64,000 nt of DNA, taken from positions 1 through 64,000 of the IMG/VR virus record IMGVR_UViG_3300037119_005106. One strand, 5' to 3'. Below, piece by piece: positions 1 through 10,000 of this stretch (positions within the stretch are counted from its first letter, which is position 1; each line of letters opens with the position of its first letter). The position numbers and the translations under genes are program-made. Origin of the DNA: a virus. The notes beneath the pieces are model-generated. The model was not told where the DNA came from, did not search any database, and saw nothing but the letters and a program-made list of their open reading frames with translations.

Positions 1-79
1 AGATTTACAAAGGCTGGGGAGATTTCTCAAAACCACATAGACAATGGCCACATCTTTATAATCCTGAAAAATAATAATT

Positions 80-340
80 ATGAAAAAATTATTTATTATA
101 CCGATTCTTCTTTTTCTCATTGCTTGTGATTACCACAAAGATGAATCTATATACAATCCTATTTTTAGTGGAGAATCATATTATATGGTTAGAGTTTTTG
201 GACCACAAGGAATAACAAATGAAGGAGCACTTATAATTTACAAGTTACCAATGGAGTCTATTACAGATAAAAAAGTAGATAGCATAAATAAAGTAGCGGA
301 TAAGTACATAGAGAATTGTAAAAAATATACAAATGATTAA
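80..340 (+). CDS. small putative lipoprotein
   Basis: MKK + hydrophobic stretch + LIAC lipobox-like motif. Confidence 0.55.
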   Translation: MKKLFIIPILLFLIACDYHKDESIYNPIFSGESYYMVRVFGPQGITNEGALIIYKLPMESITDKKVDSINKVADKYIENCKKYTND

Positions 341-651
341 TGTATTAAGTAATACTAAATAATCATACTTCTTTTGTTAGATTTTGGATGCTAATGGATA
401 TAGTTTTCCCAAGGGAAGCAAGAGTAAAAACACCTCTTGAATCCTTTGGGAACTTCATCTTCTTCCGTTGAGTTTCGTCAGCCGAACAGATACCAAATTT
501 CGTTTAAGTTAATTCAGTTCACACACTTTCAACGCTTAAACATTGGCTCAACCATTGTGCTTTAGTTTGGTTCTTACTGCCGAGCTTCCCGAAGCTAACG
601 CTTCATTTTTTAGTAAGTTATAAGATTTTCGAAAACGAGCCATTCGGACAA

Positions 652-756
652 AAACAAAAATCCCTACACAAAGGACTCGAAACTTTGTATAGGGATTTAT
701 TTGTTTGAATATGGATGAACCCTAATTTTGCAATTAGGTTTCGAGTCCATATTGCA
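652..756 (-). ncRNA. structured leader/small RNA with alternative pairings ending in an intrinsic terminator
   Basis: Hairpin 708-753; terminator stem AAATCCCTA..TAGGGATTT (about 658-698) followed by a U-tract on the minus strand; 11-nt inverted repeat 673-683/738-748. Confidence 0.5.
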
Positions 757-761
757 TGTGA

Positions 762-794
762 CAAATGTATGAATGATTTAATATCATTTCCAAA
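762..794 (-). promoter_or_regulatory. Bacteroidota sigma-A promoter (-7 TACATTTG, -33 TTTG)
   Basis: caaatgta 762-769 and caaa 791-794, 21-nt spacing, matches TTTG-N19-21-TAnnTTTG. Confidence 0.65.
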
Positions 795-818
795 TAAAAA
801 TCAATAAAATTTCAAATC

Positions 819-1064
819 ATGAGTAATTACAGTATAAAAAAATATATTGATGTAGAAGTTCCTTTAAGGGAATTTATCGCCATACGCATCGTACAGCTTA
901 GAAAAGCAAAGGGATTGAATCAATCCGAACTATCTGATAAAATAACTATTAATCGGACTTCGTTATGCAATATAGAATCGGGCCGACAAACATTAATGTT
1001 AGAAAACCTTGAGGAAATATGTCAGGTTTTGGGTTGCAAATCCTCTGATATACTTCCTTTCTAA
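819..1064 (+). CDS. XRE/Cro-CI family HTH regulator
   Basis: LRKAKGLNQSELS..INRTSLCNIESG..LEEICQVLGC pattern. Confidence 0.9.
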   Translation: MSNYSIKKYIDVEVPLREFIAIRIVQLRKAKGLNQSELSDKITINRTSLCNIESGRQTLMLENLEEICQVLGCKSSDILPF

Positions 1065-1066
1065 AA

Positions 1067-4000
1067 TTACTGTTGCACTTGTTCTCCGTCACCCCTTGTC
1101 AATCCTTTCAATACAGACAATGCGGAACGAACAGATGGTGGCACAGTTTTCAACATCATTCTATCCGGATCGAACCAGATATTACTATCCGACATAACGC
1201 CACTTGAAATACTCGAAGCATCCGTTTTACTTCCAAGCATTTGACTTTGTTCATTTGAATTACCTGCTATCATCCCAAGCATGGTCATAAGAGCCATACC
1301 TCTCAACCCCGAGAGGAAGGCTTCTTTTTGATGTGGTTCCAATGAATTGTAATACTCCTTCGCTTTAGCTGGACTCATTCCATTATGGAAGAAATCACTA
1401 GCCGACTTTCCTACTTGTCTTAATGAACCGATGTATTTCTGTCCGTTCATATCAATATCTTCTTTAGCAAATCGCTCTCTAATTTGAGTAGGTATGTGTC
1501 TTGAGAACTGCATAAACATTTTACCCAAAGCATACTTATGCATTCTACTTTGGTCAATAGGACTAAACCCTTTACCATGTGCATTCTTCACTCTTTCTTC
1601 CAAAGCAGCTACTCTAATAGGACTTAACTGAACAGCACCAGCTTTATAATTACCATTCTCATCAAAGAGATTAAATTCTTCATCAGTAAGCATTCCCAAC
1701 ATGTGAACACGCTGAATCCAATCCTCAGTAACAGCCATCGGAGATAAAGCTATTTTGGTAAATATATTATCCAATCCTGATTTAGTTTCAATACTTACAT
1801 CATCATAAAAATCAGATTCCATATAGCCAAGATTGTTCAAAATATTACGGGCACGATTTCTTCTATCCAATAATTCAAGCGACACTCCTTTGTCAATACC
1901 CCAATATCTGGATTCTCCTATAGCCCAAGATTTTCCACCCTCACGCTTCATGTTCATGTACTTACCTACTGCTAAATTCCCAATAGCATAAATCCCTTTC
2001 CCTATTACCAATCCTTTGTACCCAAGAGCATACATTGTATTCCCTCTTACCAATCCATTGATTACAGCATCAGTCTTTTTATCAAAAGTCACTTGCTCTT
2101 TCTTCATTATCAATCCTTCCTTGTAAACTTCTTTGACGTAGTTATAAGCATTCTTATAACCGTTCTTATCATTATAAGCCATTACACCATCAATCATTGG
2201 CATCAATGCTTTAAAGCCCTGAAATGATTCGTCTCCATTAGTAAAAATACTTGAGTGAACATATTCTGTCAATGCTTTATTTAAATCCATTGAAGGCATT
2301 AATTCAGCCTTAACAGAACGAGAACTACTAAACCTACTCATAGGACTCATTCCAAGCAATGTTTCATTCTGCATATTGGAATATATTATTCGGGAACCAT
2401 CCTCATTCTTACCCGTTTTCTGCAATTTAGTTGCAGTCCTTTTTAATTTGTTGAAAGCATACAAATCTTTAGCCGATTGTTTTCCTGAAACAGCCAAAGC
2501 ATTGTACTGGCTTTTGATATCCCTGAACGACATCAGTTCATCCTTCCCATTAATATTAGTGTACACTTTCACATCCTCTATTACAGAATCAAGTCCTTTA
2601 CTGTTTACAAGCAATCCTAACAATCCTCTATTCGCATACATTTCAAAAGCATCCATTGAAGTATGTGGAATATATCCTTCACGCACTTTATCATTACCAT
2701 CAAAGCTTTTAAGGTGTGTAGTTATTTCTCTAAAAGTATTATAGAAATCTACCTCAGCTTTACTCAATTTGTTGGCTTTATAAAGTGCAGTAATCTCATC
2801 ATCCGTTTTAAATTTTAGATTTTTCTTTTCTACACCATTGGCATCTTTATACGTTTCTTTAGAAAGTAAATTACCATATAGTTGTTCGTAAACATCCTTT
2901 CTATTACGGAACAGAGATTGCCCTACTCTTTGTAAAGTGCTTATGATTTTGTTCTTACTTAAACCAAACTTTTCTTGATACAAAGCATCCGTAGCATGAT
3001 TGATTACTTTGATATACTTCCCTCTTTGTTGAACAAATTTTTTGTATTCATTATTAATCATTCGAACCAATCTTTGAGTTACTGGCTGATTGGATGATAC
3101 GTTGTTATTGTTCAACCAACTATCCATAAGAGTCATATCCTTACCATCCTCAATAGCACCTGTAAGTTCGCTTTGTTCTACTCCCATTCTATTTGCCAAC
3201 TCAATAGTTAATGGCGTTGTCAATATGGAATAGGCATAGATATCTTTTTGAGCAAAATTAGTATAGACATTTTTCAATTCATCATTACCCATTTGGGAAT
3301 AGGTAGTTTGATTGAATCTAGAAGTCAAGTCATTCGCTTCTTTTTTATCTTCCAAATACTTTTTGTAAACAAAAGCTTTTTGCTCATCACCAACAGAATT
3401 ATCATATTCCATAACGGCGTTAAACTCCCTTTGGTTTAAGGGAGTAACGTCATTATAATTATGGTAATCGATTCTTGAAGCATTACCTAAGTCCGGCTTA
3501 GCTTTTTTTTTTGAAGTATCTTCTGTTTTCTCAGCAGTAGATGGACGGCTTTTGTATAATGGTCGCCCAGTATCATCAGCCAAAGATATTGCTTCAAGGT
3601 TCACATCGCCTTGGAATACATTGTATGGTTTAATTCTACCACCAATAAGATTACCCATCATGTGAGTTTGCTCAGACCTGTCTTGGTAATCAGTTCTGAT
3701 TTTTTTCTTCTCAGCATCGGTAACACCATCATAGATATACGGTTTACCATCTACTTTGAATATCATACCACCACCCACACGCAAAGCTTTATCCAAAGAT
3801 GGATTATTCTCAGCAATATAAGAAAGTAAGTTATCGCCTTGCTTGTATTTAGTAGTAGGATTAGAAGCATTTAAAATACTAGGATTCTCTTTAAATTCAT
3901 TAGAGATAACCAAGTTCTCCAATTTATCCATTACGCTTTTGTTTATTGGAGTATTTTTGTTTTTAGCTTCGTGTGCTGCATAAGTAGAGATATCATGATT

Positions 4001-7000
4001 CGTTCCTTCATCAAATACATTTGACAAAGACAACTTACCAGTCAATCCATTTTTCATCAAATCCAAAGTAATTAATCCATCCTTGATTTCTTGTGGAAGC
4101 GCTTTCCATTCTTCTTGCACCGCTTTTCTATCTTCTTCAGTTAAGCTTTCATTGAAAAATCTAGGATTAGCAGAGATATAACTATTGTCGCTATAAACTC
4201 TTGCACCCATTGGAGTATTGGTTTGACCAGGAGCATGTTTAATATTCATATTCAATGCTCTGTTGAAAAGAACACTTTTATCCAAAGCAGTTGCTTTTCT
4301 ATTGCCCGGAACCATTTCTCCTTCAAGCTCATCCATGTATTTATTTACATCGCGGAACGCTTTATCCTTGATAGCATTTTTCTGAGCTGAAGTAGTATTA
4401 TTCAATCCAAGGATTCTTGACGTTTGGAAACGTTTCACGATATCAGAAGTACGTTCCATTTGCTTCTTGTCCATAGTATCATCAAAACCAATTTTTTGGT
4501 TTAAGGATTCTATCAATTTAGAAGTATTATCATTGTAGATAGGATTCGCTTTCTTCATGATATTCAAAATCTTCTCCGCATTGTCGTGATATGCTTTGAT
4601 ATCTGGATTGTTTTTAAAACTCTCAGGGAATGTAAGCAAAGCATTCTTTTTGTCGCTATTAACAACCGTATTGAAGTCTTTCAATTGTTGTTCCAAGATA
4701 AAAGGATTGTTTTCAATTCCTTTATGACCAGCCATGATTTTTGATACATGTAGGATATCAGCATTCATAGCTTCAAGGCTTTCCATCATTTGAACAATCT
4801 GTTTCATTTGCTCTTTGGTATTAATCATACCAGCATTTGTATTGATTGATACAGGACCTACCTTTTTATCATCAATACCTAATTCGTGAAGTATTGCTTT
4901 TTTAACATCAGCATTCTTCATTTTAGAAGCATAAGGATTTTGGTTATTGGCTTGGTGCTTATTCCAAACCTTAACCGCCTTAGAGTTCATAATATCATTC
5001 ACTTGCTGCAAAGAGAATCCCATATTGGTAAGTAAAGAGTATTGGTTAATGGTTTGGTCGTTCAATCCCAAAGCATCAGCAAAACCCCACTTCGCATTAT
5101 CCAATATGATATTGGCAAGCATAGCAGATTGATTGTTACGGCTATCTTGACCAACTTCCTTATCACTGAAAGCATCCACCCTATGACCATCAATATTGAT
5201 TGGATTATTCAATTTCACATTGTATGCTGCCAAGTAGTTAGCTATACGGTGTGTGTTGAATATGATACCAATATTTCTTTTAGAAATCATAGTATTGTTG
5301 TAGGCTTGTCTATGGTAGTCAGGACTCATAGGCATAGTTACCTTAGCCTTATTATTACCAATTACTTTCTTCACTTCTTTTTCGAATTCTATCTTCGCTT
5401 TGATTTGCTCTCTCATTCCTGGAGAAGTCCATAAGTCAACAGTTTTATCCAAAGCTTTGTTGAAGTTAGGAGTAGACTTGTCTTTTCTTTGAATAAACAA
5501 ACTATCTCCATCATAATCCGAACCAGCTATTTCTGAGAAATCTTCATGAACAATAGTTTGATTTCCTTCTCCTTCTAAATAATCAGTTGCTTCAAATGCT
5601 CCTGTAGAAGCTGGTCCATGCGAAGGAATACGCGTCCCAATAACACTATCTCCACGAACAAACCAGCCTGCAGGAACACCATTTTGATAATACTCTCCAA
5701 TATAGTCATTCACATCATACCCATAAGAACCCTCGTTACCCGCTTTAGGATGTCTTAATCTAGCTATCATCAAAGCTACTTGCTTCAATACAGCAGATTT
5801 AGCAACACCTCTTTGAGTTTCATCAGCAATAGCATTAGCCAAATCCATTTTACCTTGCAAGTCTTTATGAAGTCCGAAAACTCTTTTTACTTGTGGATCA
5901 GTTTCATTTAGATATTGTCTAAAATTTACCTTGTCTTTCATGTGATTTGGCAACACAATTTCCATAATCTGAGAACCAATACTACCATCAGCATTGTGTC
6001 TATTTTGGTGACCAGCTAAACCTTTTCTACCATTGATAGTAATACCATTTCTATATTGATAATGAGCGCTTGGTTTTTGCTGAGCAATAGTTCCCGCAGT
6101 TTTCAATTTGTTACCAGCTTGCTTCAATCGGTTAGCAAGTGTATTGGTAATGAAATCAGATACCGCTGGATGATTAAGATTGGTCAAAGATTCCTCAATC
6201 ATTAATCGTTGGGATTGATCCATGTTTTCCAAATCCAAATTTTTCAAAATGAAAGCTTTGTACTTGGAAGGATTCATATCTCCCAACTCATCAATAATAG
6301 CATCAAGGTTCTTATCCATATCAGTACGAATAAGTTTTTGAATTTCTTCACCCATAGCAAGGTTATTACCCACCATACCATTTACGATAACAGCAGACAT
6401 AAATTGAACAGGAGTAGTGGCTTGCTCAGTAACCTTATCCATTATTTGTTGTGGACCAAAGTTATTTGTAGCCAATCCCATGAACTCCCCGTTATCGCCA
6501 TAGTAAAGACTATCCAAAGCATTATGCATTTTATCCGTTTCAGATTCAGTAGAAGCAGAAGAACGGTTTCCAATATGGTTATCATAATCATTTTCAAGAT
6601 TCTCATAAGTGATTCCTGAAAGCACTTGTTTCTGTTCTGCAGAAAAGAAATCACTTTTGATAGCAGAATAGGGAACAGCGTAATTGATATAGTTATGCTC
6701 TCCGTTAGTTAAATCCAAAGATGGTTCTGTACCAAACTTGTTTTTATGCCAAGCATTATACACTTGCTCTCTCTCATTAAGCAAATTATATACACCTCTT
6801 AATCCAGGTTCCGTTACCAAAGTATCTTCATCAATGATGGTAGTGTACCCTTTGAAGTAAGCAGACTTCCCTTGGAAGTTTGGATTATCTCTCTCTACGT
6901 GATAATTCAATAGCTTTAATCCATTATTTAAGTCAAAGACACCTAAGCCTGCATCAACTATTTTTTGAGCTTGTGAGCGAGTCATATACATTCCTGAGTC

Positions 7001-10000
7001 GGTAGCACGTTTTACTTTACTATCATCAATCGGAATAGCTTCCATTTTTAAATTCTCATTTCCAAAAGAATTTACCGGAGAACTATTTCCTTTGTTACGT
7101 TTCACGATATCATTAAATGGAATACCCGGATTAAATACTTCTGCCAAAGCCATACCATTTACAGATTGATTAAATACAAACTCCGTAATCTTGTTTTGAC
7201 CTTTCAATGATAATTTACCATTCTCAAAGTAATCCGGCTTAACTGTTTTATTTGCTATCAAATCTTTTGCATTAGCATTCCATCTTTGAATTTCATCATT
7301 AACAGATTGCTTAAATTTATTGATATATTCTTCTTGAGATTTAATAGTTTTTGATTTCTCAAACTCATTCAAGTTCTCATTTGATTTATCGTAAATTCTC
7401 CAAGAACTTTCAAGCATTCTATTCCCTTTGGTAGTCAATTCAATCTTATCAGTCATGTTAGGACGAGCCTTAAATGCTTCATCGAATTTAATACGAGAAA
7501 CAGACATAAGGAACTTTCTAGGACTATCAGCCATAGCGCTTAATGTTTGCATATAACTAGCAGCATTCTCAACTCCTGAGAACATCATAAAGTCCTCGAT
7601 AGTTTGAGTAAAGTCCGTAGAGTTTTTATACAATGAATTGCTACCGCGTTGCAAATGGCTAAGACCTACATACTGAGTAGCAGTTGGACGAAGCACACCA
7701 TTCTTAGCATTGTCATAGATTCCTCTAAGAACAGGATTTTCATGAGTTCTGTTCGCTGGATCAGATAAGTGAGCATACTTTTGTTTGAATGATTTGAATG
7801 TAGGGAAGTTGCCTTTAGTGTCTTTTACTAAAAACTCATTCATTCCATTAAGTTCAGACATTAAGTGATTGTTTGTAATCTTACTTGGTTCCATATTACC
7901 CTCGGCATTCTGAACAACAGAATACGAAGTGTATTTTCTATTGCTATCAACAATAGCTTCGATAAATGGTTTGGCACCATAAACATAAATCTTATTTGGA
8001 TCTCTTGGATTCTCCATTGCTTTAGAACGAACCATTTTATCAATAAGAGTTTTTACGTTTACATTGTGGCCACGCATATTGATAGTTTGGTTATTTACCA
8101 ATGCAGAGAAGCGAACACCTCTTGGAGCAAGATATCTCAATACAGCCAAGTAATCCTCATTAGTTTGATTACCTGATTTAATATTGTTGTAAGCATCCAA
8201 AAAGTATTGGTGGTTCTGAGCGCCTGACTCCGTAAACTTACCGTTGTAATGTAACTTCTCTTGTTCTTCCAATTTGGAAAGGTGTCTTTCTGTTTTGTTT
8301 CTTTCTGTTTCAGATAAAGCATTTTGAGTTTCCCACTTCCCTTCTGAGTTTACTACAGACTTGATAGCACTTATGGTTTGTTGGTTACCCATAACATAAG
8401 CCATAGAAGATAGATACATCATCTTTTCATTTGGATGCATTTTATTCATGTACTGATTGAACTGCCATACTTCTTCAGTACGACTATTTTCAATAGCCGA
8501 AATAAATCCATTGGTATCTCCTTTGTTTTCAAAAGCAAGGTTGTAGAACTCAGAAACTAATAAATCTCTATCGATTAAGTTTTCTTCATTAAAATCAGAA
8601 GCCAAAGCACCACTCTCTGCAAATTTTTTACGTTTCACATAGTTAAGGCTTTTGGTAAAACTATTTAGAATACGGGTAGCACCACGAAAGGTAACTTGCT
8701 TAGCTGATTCATAATCATCAAAAGCACCTTCTTCCAACATTGCATTTTCTAATTCATTCAATTGGAAGTCTATTTCATCCTGACGTTCTTGCTCGGAGAA
8801 GTCTTTCATCTTAACATCAACATCCTCTTGGATTTTCTTAACCAATCTATCATAAGTAGTTTTTCTATTGGCTTGCTTAGTAGCAATCGGATCATAGTTT
8901 CTACGTTGTTCAATTTTGGCATCAGTAATCCTTTGATGATTGTCTTGTTCTGCTTGGTCTTTCATATCAACCTTTGAAGCAAAACCACCACCATCATAAG
9001 CAGCTTTATTACCGGCAGAAGATTTTACAAAGTTGGTCATGATATGTTCCATCAAATCACTTGTAGGAACAGGAATACCATCATTCAATTTCTGAACAAC
9101 ATCAACCGCATAAGGTTCATAAGTAACCGTTTCTCCTTTTACCCAATTCCACCATCCTTTCGAAACCTTTTGGCGACCTCTCTCTTTGATTGGATCAAGT
9201 GTGTAATTGAAGTTTTTTGCTAATGGCCCTTGAAGATAATGAGTGAATAATTCCTCATTTATAACTGATTGTTCTTCATCCGGAGCTTTGAAAATTTCGA
9301 AAGAATTCAATAAGTTTTCCAACCCACCAGCTTGAGTTACTTCTGCTTCAAAAGCTGCAACAGCTTCTTGTTCTGTTTGTCCATCAGCAGGAGTAATAAA
9401 ATAATCCACAAGTCCTTTCAAGAATGTAGTAGTCTTACCATCTTCCAATAAGTAAACTATTTTATCCTCGTAAAGCTTTTCTATTTTATCAACTAATTTT
9501 TGATCTCTCCTGGCTTCTTGAACAACAGCTTTTGTAGCAGCACTATCTTTTGTTAATCGGTAATTAACGTGAGCCATTTCATGCATGAATATCTCAGGTT
9601 GTTCCCAAGTATTTTCATCAATATAAATGGTACTTGCTAAAGCATAACCAACAGCCGGAGTTCCCACCAAAGAAAATAGATTGCTTGCTGAAACAACATT
9701 GATATCAATACCTTTTGCTTTAAGCATTCTATTAATAGTACGTTGCTCATCAACCACTCTTGGTCCATATTTAAAAGCAGCAATCTTTGTATCTAAATAA
9801 GCATCCAATTGTTGTTTGGCAATCGTAGCATCAGGATTATTGGCATTGTTTCTAGCTGGAGCAGTATGGTAAGCATTCTCCATAATAGTTCTACGCATAG
9901 AGTCTTGTGCCATATTTTGCTGAATGGTTTTTCTTTTTTCAGCTTCATTCATTTTAGCTTGAACAAACTCTTGTCCTTCTTCTATAGCTTCGCCACCTTT

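Noticed and set aside
445-485. Hammerhead ribozyme (CUGACGA on the minus strand)
   Set aside because: No GAAA core after a stem II in the required position
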